DNA from: an uncultured Bacteroidota bacterium
Lineage (GTDB): Bacteria > Bacteroidota > Ignavibacteria > UBA10030 > UBA6906
DNA: 64,000 nucleotides
NCBI GenBank assembly: GCA_963700635.1
Contig: CAVOYH010000003.1
Location: 1,408,001 to 1,472,000, forward strand
Direction of reading: 5' to 3'
The notes below the pieces were generated by a model that was given only the letters and a program-made list of their open reading frames with translations, had not been told where the DNA came from and searched no databases. Of the stretch, positions 53,202-62,675 are shown piece after piece. Position numbers and translations under genes: made by a program. Each line of letters begins with the position of its first letter. The first letter of the stretch is position 1.

Positions 53202-53330
53202 TACCGTCTTAGCAGTAAAATGAATGCATTGAGAGTCGGAATTACTGCTATAAGAAGATTATGCTTGACATAGTACTGCTAAAGCAGTATTATTTTTGTA
53301 TAGAAGTCCATCCATACTGCCATAACGGTA
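53202..53330 (+). promoter_or_regulatory. hipBST promoter with an array of TACYG-N6-CRGTA operators
   Basis: -35 TTGACA 53265-53270, 17-nt spacer, -10 TATTAT 53288-53293; palindromes at 53202-53217, 53274-53289 and 53315-53330, half-site at 53243. Confidence 0.8.
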
Positions 53331-53334
53331 AATA

Positions 53335-53580
53335 ATGAACTCGATCAAAGAGATAGGCAAGGTTACACGATATCACAGGAAAAAGGCAGGCTTGAGTCAG
53401 CAAGAGGTTGCCAGGCTTGCCGGAATCGGCAAGACGGCCGTCTTCGACATTGAGAAAGGGAAGGAATCGATCCAACTCGACACGTTGTGGAAGATCCTTC
53501 GGGTTCTGAATATTACAATCAAGCTTGAAAGCCCTCTCATGGAAAAATATTCCAAGGAGGCCCTCGGTGAGACAGGCTAG
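53335..53580 (+). CDS. hipB: HipB-like Xre/HTH regulator
   Basis: RKKAGLSQQEVARLAGIGKTAVFDIEKGK HTH; first gene of a three-gene overlapping operon. Confidence 0.85.
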   Translation: MNSIKEIGKVTRYHRKKAGLSQQEVARLAGIGKTAVFDIEKGKESIQLDTLWKILRVLNITIKLESPLMEKYSKEALGETG

Positions 53581-53878
53581 GGTGTTTGTGAAGGGAGTCC
53601 AAGCGGGAGTACTTGAAGAACTCAAGCGAGGGACGGTGTACGTGTTCAAGTATCTTGAAAACTATCGTGGCGACCCAGTCTCACTGACCATGCCGGTCAA
53701 GCTGAAAGAGATACGATTTGATGGCTTCCCACCCTTCTTTGATGGGGTTCTTCCGGAAGGAACCATGTTGAAAGGTCTCTTGGTTCAGCAGAAATTAGAC
53801 AAGGATGATTTCTTCGGTCAACTCATTGTTGTCGGAGAGGACCTTGTTGGTGCAGTCACCGTCGATGAAATGCCATGA
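53567..53878 (+). CDS. hipS: HipA N-terminal-domain protein (HipS-like antitoxin)
   Basis: GTG 53567 with AAGGAGG RBS; F.Y..Y...PVSLTMP...FPPFFDGVLPEG...DLVGAV. Confidence 0.82.
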   Translation: MRQARVFVKGVQAGVLEELKRGTVYVFKYLENYRGDPVSLTMPVKLKEIRFDGFPPFFDGVLPEGTMLKGLLVQQKLDKDDFFGQLIVVGEDLVGAVTVDEMP

Positions 53879-54807
53879 ACCGCTGTTTAATAACGTATGA
53901 AGAAATTCCTTCCGGGACGCGATACTCAGCAGCGGGGCTAAGGCTCCTGTCGCGCAAGCTTAAAGGCCTTCAGGTTCTTCCATATTCTGCAGAGCAACAG
54001 AGACATGAGGCCTTTCTCCGGTCCTCGAAAATGTCAATCCAGGGGGTACAACCAAAGCTCAGCTCTCGACTCAATGTCACCGAAGGGAAATTCGACATTG
54101 TCGACTCGGGCGGAGAGTACATACTCAAACCACAAAGTAATTTTCCCGAGGTGCCGGAGAACGAGGATTTGACGATGAGGCTTGCGGCATCAATTGGAGT
54201 TGAGGTGCCTCTTCATGGCTTACTGTGCTCAACGGACGATTCCCTCACATACTTCATCAAACGTTTTGACCGCGCAGGCCGAGGGAAGATAGCTGTTGAG
54301 GACTTCGCGCAGCTTTCGGGCAAGGCAAGAGATACAAAATACGATTCCAGCATGGAACATGTGATACACATTATCGATACTCACTGCACTTTCCCGCTCG
54401 TCGAGAAAGTGAAACTGTTCCGGCTCACCCTCTTAAATTATCTGGTAGGCAACGAAGATATGCATTTGAAGAACTTCTCACTTATAAGGAGGGACGACAA
54501 GATTGAACTTTCGCCTGCCTACGATCTTGTAAATTCAACTATTGTGTTGCGAGGAGTCCAAGAGGAGATCGCACTACCCCTAGGTGGCAGAAAGAGGAAT
54601 CTCTCCCGGTCACTCCTCATTGGGTATTTTGGGAAGGAACGGCTTGGCTTGGCAGATCGCGTTGTTGATGACATACTTGGTAGACTGGAACATGCCGTAC
54701 GCGAATGGAGATCAGTTATCAGAATGAGCTTTCTTTCCGAAACGGCAAAGACAGACTACGGAGAGCTTTTGTTGAAGCGCAGCAGGATACTGCTATCCAA
54801 AGCCTGA
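53875..54807 (+). CDS. hipT: HipA-family kinase toxin (HipT-like)
   Basis: MSIQGVQPK loop, YILKP, NE.LTM, RFDR, EDFAQL, GNEDMHLKNFS, SPAYD. Confidence 0.88.
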   Translation: MNRCLITYEEIPSGTRYSAAGLRLLSRKLKGLQVLPYSAEQQRHEAFLRSSKMSIQGVQPKLSSRLNVTEGKFDIVDSGGEYILKPQSNFPEVPENEDLTMRLAASIGVEVPLHGLLCSTDDSLTYFIKRFDRAGRGKIAVEDFAQLSGKARDTKYDSSMEHVIHIIDTHCTFPLVEKVKLFRLTLLNYLVGNEDMHLKNFSLIRRDDKIELSPAYDLVNSTIVLRGVQEEIALPLGGRKRNLSRSLLIGYFGKERLGLADRVVDDILGRLEHAVREWRSVIRMSFLSETAKTDYGELLLKRSRILLSKA

Positions 54808-56572
54808 TTGCCTCTCCTCGGTGTCGAACCTGTATGCTACGCAAAAACACTTTTGCCTTGATGCCTTCGGCCGCGCCACCCACGATCATTTTTTCCGGAG
54901 GGACGTTTCCGACACTCTCATTTGTATAATCCTCAAGCAGGGTGGCAGCCAACGGGCGAAACTCGATTTTCAATGACCTCCACTCGTTCCCCTCACCCTT
55001 GCTTCTGATAGTCAACGTATCAAGACTTGTATTCAACTCAACTATGAGCCCTTCACCGGAGACCTCTTTCTTCGTCCCTCCACGGTTGATGTACTGGAGG
55101 CGGATCATCCGATCAAAGCCCTGGATATCGATCGAACCATCCTGATTCATAGTGAATGTGGCCACATTCCCCCCGCTACCCGGCCTCAATCTGACGTATT
55201 CTATTCCCAGCATTTCTGCGATATATGCCCCATCCTTCCATCCCAAGGATGAGCCCGCGGAGTCTTTCCGGAGATTCTCACGAAACCATGGCTGAATTCC
55301 TTCCAAACCGTGATTCTGATGCAGATAATCGAGGATCGAACTAATGTGCTTCGATTCTTCGTAGTGCACGGGCTCTGAAGCCTTCTGGATTGCCCCATCA
55401 ACGAGCAGCGAATTCTGAACAAGCAGCCCCCGCAACCTCTCGGTCTGGCTTTGTTCGGCAACAGGGAACATCCCCCATGGGCCAAAGCACGTCGCCAGCG
55501 TAAGAATGCCAAGCGAGGCAGGAATGACTTTGATGCTCTTTGCCTTGCTAAGAAGAAAATACGCAACGATGAAAATCAGCCACACTGCAAGGGCAGCGGC
55601 ACCAAAGCGGGCTTCGGTGATTCCATACTCAGCAACTCGTCTCCAGACCGCCAGGGGAAATACGATAACGAGCGGGACCATGATGACATAAAACCAACGG
55701 GAAGCTGCTTTCACCCATCGGCTCCCTTCTTGATCACGGATGGGATACAGAAGGAGAAGCGACAACAATCCGGTTGCGGAAAAACCAAGAATAAGCTTGC
55801 TGATCCAGCCTTCCGACCACTCCCAAGACAGACCGATCTTTGCCACATACGAGTAGACGATGATCACATAGACAATCGACAGCGGAGCAAGAATATACTG
55901 AACAAGGATGTTCAGGCCTCTCGGAAATTCGGTCACGTGCTCGAGCCCCTTCAAATCCTCGGGAATGCCTGCCAGGAACAGCCAGGTGTTCAGGATGCCA
56001 AAGGTGATGATCCAGAGCTCACCGTACCGTTTCCCAGGGATATCGATGGCGAACAACTGATCGAGAGCAGCAAGCGCGAGACAGAGCCCGAGGTAGAGAA
56101 TGTGGGAAAACAGCGCGGCTCCGAGGATGCGGAAAAGAAGCGTCTTGTTGTATTGTCAGAAATCGTTGTACTCACCAGAGCCAAGGAACGGCCCTACCGA
56201 TACGAACAGATGCATCGCCAGGGAGAGGACAAGGAGTCGCTGGACGTGAAACGAGGGACCGGAGTCGAGAGTCGAAGGAACGGTGAACGCGTAGCCGATC
56301 AACAAGATGATACCGGCCAATTGCGCTCCAAGGGAACGTGCTCGCCTCCACGTGTTCTTCTCTGCCACCAGAGTCAGACCAAGCAGAAAGGGAATTCCCA
56401 GAATTGAAGCAAAGAGTACATTGTAAAGGACGGTGGCCCTCTCGGGACCCTCGTAATCGTCCAGAATCAGGGCAGAAGCAGTTCCGGCGACTGCACAACA
56501 AAGGACTAGGGGAAATCGAGAAAAGGTATGGAGTGCACCGTAAAGAATCTGCTTGAAGGAAGGATGTTTCAT
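54719..56572 (-). pseudogene. DUF4153-family membrane protein interrupted by an in-frame TGA (56156-56158); 3' end runs into hipT
   Basis: ORFs 56156-56572 and 54719-56056 are in the same frame; reads NDF*QYNKTLLFR where N.FWQ.NK is expected; RRVAEYGITEAR, FGPWG motifs. Confidence 0.78.
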
Positions 56573-56628
56573 CGTGACTCCCGAGATGGTGTCATTTCTG
56601 TTTGCCGTACACTTCAGGGTGATGGCAG

Positions 56629-57780
56629 TCAGGCCCCGACCAAACGGACCATGACCTCGTAATTGCGGAGGGTTAAAGGTGAAATGGCGCGGCCGCAGGG
56701 GCTGGACGACGGTAACAGCACGAAACCGCGCCCCTCGCCCGCGGTACCTTCATCGAGGGCAAGTTTTACAAGCTCCGAGAACTGGGCCGTGGGCAACATT
56801 TCAATGTCGGCGATTTCCAGATTGCCGAACAGCACCAGCTGCCGGCCATAACGTTGCCGGACCTCACGCAAGGCCACATCACCGTGCGGGGGCGGTTCGA
56901 TCGGATCGAGCGCATCCGCGCCCATGCCGGCGATCATATCAAGGATATTCTTCACCCGGCCATGGCAGTGGATGCGTGCGTAACCGCCGTGCGCATGGAT
57001 GTCATGAATCATGGGGGCGACGTAGCGGACGACATATTCCTCAAACAATCGTGGTGGCAGGTAGGGTTCGGAGGCATATTCCGGACCATAAATGCGCCAG
57101 AGCCTGCCGGGAAACCGGCGGCTGACTTCGGCAGTGCGTGGCTGGATGCGGCGAGCCATCTTCTCAAGCAGTAGGTGGAACAGCGCGGGTTCGGTGAACG
57201 CCAGGACCGTGTAGTCTTCCATGCTCATCAATGCCGCTGCAGCGCAGAGCGGATCTTCCGTATCCACCATCACGATTCCCCGATCCCCGAGCGCGGCTTC
57301 CTCGGCTTCAAGCGGGGCGGTATCGATTCGCTCTGAGAACACCTCGTCCGGGATGGTGAGATAAACTTCGACGTCGCCGGCGTCCTTGAGCAGATGCTCG
57401 ACGGTCCACACAGTGTTGATCTGCCGTTCGCGCTTTGTGACTTGTGTCAGCGTCCGGCCGGCGACGTTCAACACGGTGCGCGTGATCCGTGTTTGGCCGT
57501 CGTCCTTTATATCTTCCCGGAAGAACTCGTGCCAGCGCGCGCTGATGGCTGAACCGGTCGGGTCAATCGAGCGGTCCCTCACCGGACTCATCAGGCGAAT
57601 GATATCTGTATGCTCCTCCGCGAGCTCTATGAGCGGCCGCCAGTCGGGCGAGTTATAGATGTTGTAGGGATCCCGATCGAACGGATCCATCCTGAACCCG
57701 CCGATTTCGTAGAAGCTCACCGGCGGCCGGTCAACCGGTTCGCCGCGTAAAGTTGCCATTAATCGTTCGCGTCGTGTCAT
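56629..57780 (-). CDS. Uroporphyrinogen decarboxylase/MtaA-CmuA superfamily protein
   Basis: MTRRERLMATLRGEPVDRPPV, IHCHG, DPIEPPP.GDV, FGNLE. Confidence 0.82.
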   Translation of the reverse strand: MTRRERLMATLRGEPVDRPPVSFYEIGGFRMDPFDRDPYNIYNSPDWRPLIELAEEHTDIIRLMSPVRDRSIDPTGSAISARWHEFFREDIKDDGQTRITRTVLNVAGRTLTQVTKRERQINTVWTVEHLLKDAGDVEVYLTIPDEVFSERIDTAPLEAEEAALGDRGIVMVDTEDPLCAAAALMSMEDYTVLAFTEPALFHLLLEKMARRIQPRTAEVSRRFPGRLWRIYGPEYASEPYLPPRLFEEYVVRYVAPMIHDIHAHGGYARIHCHGRVKNILDMIAGMGADALDPIEPPPHGDVALREVRQRYGRQLVLFGNLEIADIEMLPTAQFSELVKLALDEGTAGEGRGFVLLPSSSPCGRAISPLTLRNYEVMVRLVGA

Positions 57781-57861
57781 AGCTGGGGCTTGAACCAGGG
57801 AGAATTTAGAGAATGTGACGGTCAGAGCACAATCTACGAGGGAAAAAGCACAAAATCGACT

Positions 57862-57973
57862 GGCTTACAAGGACCTGGAATCTCCACGGCGGCGCCTTGG
57901 CGCCTACCGGTATCGGGAAAATCTTCACCCGGACCCCCGGTTCCAGGATCATCTCTGGCGATTGAACCTCCGG
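57862..57973 (+). repeat. Degenerate direct copy of the kinase gene 3' end (51868-51980)
   Basis: Shared GGCTTACAA.GAC..GAATCTCC and CTTCACCCGGACCC(G/C)CGGTTCCAGGATC (27/28 identical); translates AYKDLESP..RLG.Y...LHPDPRFQD. Confidence 0.85.
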
Positions 57974-58004
57974 TGTTTCAAATCCCTGCCAACCAATCCG
58001 ATCC

Positions 58005-58202
58005 TCATTGCTCCTCTTCCATGACTGTGTGTTCATACCGGATGTGGAGCCAGGCCATAAGCAGACAAAGGCGCATGGTGGTGAATTCGAATGTCAGAAA
58101 TGCCAGAAACGCCCTCCAGAGGAGCCAGAAGCTCATTCTCAAATCTTCTTGCAGGGTGCGGACCCATGTCTCTCTTTTCAACTTTTGCATTGGTGTCTCC
58201 AA
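58005..58202 (-). CDS. Possible small hypothetical protein
   Basis: 65-aa ORF with a hydrophobic middle in an otherwise empty interval; no recognisable family. Confidence 0.35.
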   Translation of the reverse strand: METPMQKLKRETWVRTLQEDLRMSFWLLWRAFLAFLTFEFTTMRLCLLMAWLHIRYEHTVMEEEQ

Positions 58203-58411
58203 GAATTAGGGGGATGCCTCAATGTACGCATCGGCCAGACTTTCTCGGGCTCACCAGATGATACTTTTCCCGGTCGGGCAGCCAGAAACACGTGACAAGG
58301 GGATATGACCCGATAACATTCTTGTCTACAAAGTCTTGGACCAAGTTTTTGGGGGGACGAGAAACAGGGGTTTTTGCGGCACAACTGATTGCTTACCTTC
58401 CGGTGTCGTCG

Positions 58412-59566
58412 CTACTCTTCTGCGTCTGCATGGTGATTTGCTCCAACCAGTATGTCCTGTAACAACACCTTTAGAGTTCTTTCGGGTTCTTCAAATATGG
58501 GGCTGTGGGCAGATTGTTCAAACGTATAAAATCCCTTCATAGGCGCTTTGAGTTGATGAAAATAGGATTTTGCCTCCGCATAGGAGACCGTGTAGTCATG
58601 TATTCCGTGTAAAAAGTAGACCGGAAGGTCAAGCTCTGGTACCTTTTTGGTCAGATCAGTGGCTATCATTTCAGCCCACAGTGAGCTAACACCGGACCGA
58701 GCCTTGCCTCTCCACAGGTTGATCTTTTCACCTACTGTGTACTCCCGGAATTGAAGAGAGGGCAGAAAGATACCGCTGAATACCGATTTCATATCGTGGG
58801 TCGTTCCGACACCAAGACTATGCATTGCTTCATCTCGCACTGAAAGGTATATATCTGGTGTACCGGCCGTCATCGACACTGGCGATGACTCAAGTCTTTG
58901 CACCATGCTTGTGTTTCCAGTTGATTTGAACTGACCGAGCATGTATTGGTACGCGAGTATTTCAGATTTGAGCTGACACGAGATCTGAGCAACGCCAATG
59001 TAGGCAAAGTACAACTTCGGCTCTCGTGCAGCCGCTTGTATGCCGATGAATGTTCCCCCCGAATGCCCCATAAGGTAAATCTTGTCCTTGTTGAAGCGGC
59101 GGCGTAAATAGTTCGTCACTTCAATTGCATCTGATATGAATTGCTCTACCGACATGGTTTCTTGTGAGATGTCGGCCCTGTACGAAAGGCCTGAACCGCG
59201 TTGTTCCCACCATACAACGGTACAATGATCTTCAAGACCTAACGGATAGTTCTGAGTAAGGAAGTATTCAGGCAATCCCCCATGAACGTACAGTACTACC
59301 GGATGTGTTACATCCTTGCTCTTGATAAACATTCCTTGTTCCACCCCATTGATGCTTACAAATGTCTTCTCTGATAAGCTGCGCGGTAGTGGCTTCCCGT
59401 TCTCATCTACAAAAGGTCTGGGTTTCCCGGGGTAGCTCCAGATTTGAAGCACAACCAGGAGAATAAGAGAGCAGGCCAACAACAGAGATATTACGACTAG
59501 TATCATACGTCGCATTCTTCGTGCGAATGCTCGGATCGAAGGGCCCTGTATTTTGTCATTTGACAT
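58412..59566 (-). CDS. Alpha/beta hydrolase (proline iminopeptidase-like), N-terminal TM anchor
   Basis: HGG, WEQRGSG, nucleophile GHSGG, HGIHD, SAHSP. Confidence 0.85.
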   Translation of the reverse strand: MSNDKIQGPSIRAFARRMRRMILVVISLLLACSLILLVVLQIWSYPGKPRPFVDENGKPLPRSLSEKTFVSINGVEQGMFIKSKDVTHPVVLYVHGGLPEYFLTQNYPLGLEDHCTVVWWEQRGSGLSYRADISQETMSVEQFISDAIEVTNYLRRRFNKDKIYLMGHSGGTFIGIQAAAREPKLYFAYIGVAQISCQLKSEILAYQYMLGQFKSTGNTSMVQRLESSPVSMTAGTPDIYLSVRDEAMHSLGVGTTHDMKSVFSGIFLPSLQFREYTVGEKINLWRGKARSGVSSLWAEMIATDLTKKVPELDLPVYFLHGIHDYTVSYAEAKSYFHQLKAPMKGFYTFEQSAHSPIFEEPERTLKVLLQDILVGANHHADAEE

Positions 59567-59593
59567 TGTGCGGCTGAATGTGTCGTGATCGCA

Positions 59594-60811
59594 TCATCTC
59601 ACAATCGTCATCTTCTTTGCGGATACAAAGCTACCTGCCTGCAATCGATAGATGTACACTCCACTCGAAAGGTTCCTTGCATCGAACCTGACTTCATAAC
59701 GACCTGCATCCCTCTCTTCATCCCCCAGCACCGAAACCTGACGTCCGAGCATGTCGTACACACTCAGCGTCACGTGCGACGGCTGCGGCAACTCGTAAAC
59801 GATTGTCGTACTCGGATTGAACGGATTGGGGAAGTTCTGCAGGAGCGCATACGAACCCGGCACTGTAACATTCGGAGCACTGACACCCGTTATCGGTCCG
59901 GCAATATCCGTGTACAAAAGTGTTGCCACGGAGGCCCGGATGATTTCAGCACAGTACGGAATGTTGCAGTTGGCGATCACGTCTGAAGGGGAGTGGTACC
60001 ACGGACTGAACGTCTTTTCGAAGAAGTAAACCGCAGGATACCCGACCGAATGGAACGCGTAACTGTCCGAGCCGCTTGAGTTCCTGTTTCCGTCCACGGG
60101 GGTCAGCCTTGTGTATTCCTTGGTCATCGTTTTTGCCAGCTCACGGTAGGGTTCCGCTCCGGTGTAGTAGTACACCCGCACAGTGTCCTCTCCCAACGCA
60201 TACGGCGAGTTGGCGATCATGTCATGGTTGATCATAAGGCGTATTTTCATGCCGTTCTGGGACGCTCTCTGTGCATAACTTCGGCTCCCGAGCAGTCCAG
60301 CCTCCTCAGCCGCGAATGTTATAAACCGGAGCGTTGTTCTGGGTGCATAGCCTGTCCGTGTCAGCACACGTGCAGATTCCAGGACGGCGGCGGTTCCGCT
60401 TGAGTTGTCATCTGCCCCGGGATACACGCCGGATAAGTTTTGCCACCCCACCGTGTCATGGTGACCGCCGATCACGATAACATCCTCCGTTGCGGTGGAC
60501 GATGGCAGTGTGGCGACAACATTGGTCTGCTCATAGCCGTTTGCCATGAATGTATCCAGCACGACGTCGGCAAAACCCATTCTCCGGAACGCAGCCTGGA
60601 TCCACTCCGCAACCGCATGCCTGTTCGTTGACCTGTAATGGTGTGAGCCGAAGCTCGTCAGCCCCTCGATGAACCAGCGTACTGTGTCCGGATTCACGCT
60701 GGTTGTCATCACCGTGATCAGGCTGTCGGCGTTCGCACTTCGGACTGTCAGCTGTGATCGGGCCGGGATGAGTCCGATAACCAGCAGGAGGAAAAGAATG
60801 TGTATGCGCAT
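59594..60811 (-). CDS. M28 family aminopeptidase with T9SS CTD
   Basis: GGHHD, PGADDNSSG, AAEEAGLLGS, NHDMI, SDSYAF, YHSPSD; QNFPNPFNPST. Confidence 0.9.
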   Translation of the reverse strand: MRIHILFLLLVIGLIPARSQLTVRSANADSLITVMTTSVNPDTVRWFIEGLTSFGSHHYRSTNRHAVAEWIQAAFRRMGFADVVLDTFMANGYEQTNVVATLPSSTATEDVIVIGGHHDTVGWQNLSGVYPGADDNSSGTAAVLESARVLTRTGYAPRTTLRFITFAAEEAGLLGSRSYAQRASQNGMKIRLMINHDMIANSPYALGEDTVRVYYYTGAEPYRELAKTMTKEYTRLTPVDGNRNSSGSDSYAFHSVGYPAVYFFEKTFSPWYHSPSDVIANCNIPYCAEIIRASVATLLYTDIAGPITGVSAPNVTVPGSYALLQNFPNPFNPSTTIVYELPQPSHVTLSVYDMLGRQVSVLGDEERDAGRYEVRFDARNLSSGVYIYRLQAGSFVSAKKMTIVR

Positions 60812-61209
60812 GGTCTGAGGTCCTCGATCGGGACTGTTTCATCCTCCGGGGAGTTTAAGCGGATGTCAGGCTAAGGTACCTGATAGCGCATCCAGAATCA
60901 ACATGTCCTCACTTCAGGATCACCGTTGTCGGCAAGGCCAGACCCTTGCTGGCGCATAGCCGGCAATCCGGTCCTCCTCTCCGATGAGCCAATCAACAAA
61001 AAAATCTCTCATCCGAAATGGACCAAGATCAGGAAACAGACCCATTCCCAAAGGATTAGCTCCCCTTTCATCCCTTTGGCTGATTCATGCCAGGGCTAAA
61101 CCCGGTATACTTCAATAAGCGCTGTCTGTGGTGCTTCCTCGATGAGCGTCCGGATAGTTGATACTTAATAGTGATGGCAGCACAACACCAATCAAACACG
61201 AGGCAGGCT

Positions 61210-61371
61210 ATGCTTTATACTATCGCTGTGATTCTCCTTGTACTGTGGCTCCTGGGGTTCGTCAGTTCCTACACCCTGGGTGGTTTTATTCACATCCTTC
61301 TGGTAATCGCCGTTGTGATTGTCTTGCTTAGAGTCATTCGCGGTCAGAAGTTGTTTGGGACAAAGAATTGA
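61210..61371 (+). CDS. lmo0937-family (DUF5670) small membrane protein
   Basis: MLYTIAVILLVLWLLGFVSSYTLGGFIHILLVIAVVIVLLRVIRG. Confidence 0.85.
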   Translation: MLYTIAVILLVLWLLGFVSSYTLGGFIHILLVIAVVIVLLRVIRGQKLFGTKN

Positions 61372-61590
61372 GTCAGATGTAATACCGTGAACAGACGCCT
61401 CGGAGCGATCCAAGCGCAATGTTTTGCTTGAGCAAAGGGGAATGCACCGCCTCATTGGGTTCATTGTAGGCCAGGCATGCGGGATATGGCGCCGGGAGTG
61501 GCATTCTGGCAACAGCAAATGCTTCCAACTGTTCATCCGTTGTGGATGGACCATGCAATTAATACAGCCTTATGAGAGGAAAATATACGG

Positions 61591-62082
61591 ATGAAACGCT
61601 TCGTGTACTGCCTGGTCGCACTGTTTTTGGTCCTCGCTGCTCAGAATTCCGTCGCTCAAGACCGCGGATTTGGACTCGGTGTGATCATCGGGGAGCCTAC
61701 AGGAATTAGCGCGAAACTGTGGACTTCAAATGTAAACGCCTTCGATTTTGGTCTCGGCTGGTCAATCGGAGGAGAACGGATCGGGAAAGACAGAAATTAC
61801 TATACAAAAAACCGCATTCATTTTCATATGGATTACCTGTGGCATGCTTTCAACGTTATCCACTCGTCCGAACGATTTCCGTTGTACTATGGCTTGGGCG
61901 GACGTATTAACACTGGAGCTGGCTATGACGCTGCTGTGGCCGTTCGTGGTGTGTTCGGTATTGCATGGCTGCCACACAAGACTCCAATCGATGTATTTCT
62001 TGAGGTCGCGCCGTCACTCCAGGTCACACCCTCAACAGGGTTTGGCCTTGATGCGGGCATCGGGGTGAGGTATTTCTTTTAA
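61591..62082 (+). CDS. Small outer membrane beta-barrel protein (DUF3996-like)
   Basis: Signal peptide; GLGVIIGEPTGISAK; ends GIGVRYFF. Confidence 0.75.
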   Translation: MKRFVYCLVALFLVLAAQNSVAQDRGFGLGVIIGEPTGISAKLWTSNVNAFDFGLGWSIGGERIGKDRNYYTKNRIHFHMDYLWHAFNVIHSSERFPLYYGLGGRINTGAGYDAAVAVRGVFGIAWLPHKTPIDVFLEVAPSLQVTPSTGFGLDAGIGVRYFF

Positions 62083-62219
62083 TGATCCGCGATACTCAAC
62101 GTCTGCCCGCCTACGGAGAAGTATTACGCTTCGGATGGATCGTGGACCTCAAAACGCACAAGAGCCTCTGATAGGCTCCAAACATCCTCTGTCGACTCAG
62201 TTTCATGAAAGGGTGCACC

Positions 62220-62654
62220 ATGTCAGCACGAATAGCTTTTGGGTTTGTCGTTATGATATTTCTTCTGGCTTTCCCGGCAAATGCGGATGGGAAGAAGGAA
62301 CTTCAAAGACACTTCAACGATGTCGCAACCAAGGTGAAAGCAACGGACGAGCCAACCGAGAAGCGTGTTATCCTCGATGAATCATTTCGGACCATGCTTG
62401 AAGCTCTGGATATGGTTCAACGGTCGCAGTTGATTTCGAAAGACGATGGCGTTGCCCTTGATCTCTTCAAAGCAACACTTCGCGAAAACCAAGATGAACT
62501 CGCAGGCATCAATGGCTTCGCGCCTGTGCCGGATGATCAACTTAACAGCTTTTCTAACTACGTCATGCAGAGTGTGGAGCAAGCTGACGGGACGATATCC
62601 ATAAGTCTTGTTTCTCTGCTTCTGATTGTCATCCTGCTGGTGCTCCTGCTGTGA
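62220..62654 (+). CDS. Secreted helical protein with an uncharged hydrophobic C-terminal tail
   Basis: Signal ending ANA-D; C-terminus ISISLVSLLLIVILLVLLL*. Confidence 0.65.
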   Translation: MSARIAFGFVVMIFLLAFPANADGKKELQRHFNDVATKVKATDEPTEKRVILDESFRTMLEALDMVQRSQLISKDDGVALDLFKATLRENQDELAGINGFAPVPDDQLNSFSNYVMQSVEQADGTISISLVSLLLIVILLVLLL

Positions 62655-62675
62655 TAATCTTGTCATGAGTGAGTA

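Noticed and set aside
56156-56158. Selenocysteine or genetic code 4/25 reassignment of TGA
   Set aside because: The position corresponds to Trp, not Cys, and many clear genes here end in TGA
6548-56407. Long antisense ORFs (6548-7438, 17789-18799, 29409-30629, 32626-33705, 38292-39332, 48797-49636, 55451-56407)
   Set aside because: They are shadows of well-supported genes on the opposite strand with no recognisable motifs
29433-57780. Calling the three UroD-superfamily genes hemE
   Set aside because: They lack the PxWxMRQAGR signature and there are no heme biosynthesis neighbours
60870-60895. Hairpin GGATG-TCAGG...CCTGA..CATCC as an ncRNA
   Set aside because: Isolated stem-loop with no family features or second copy
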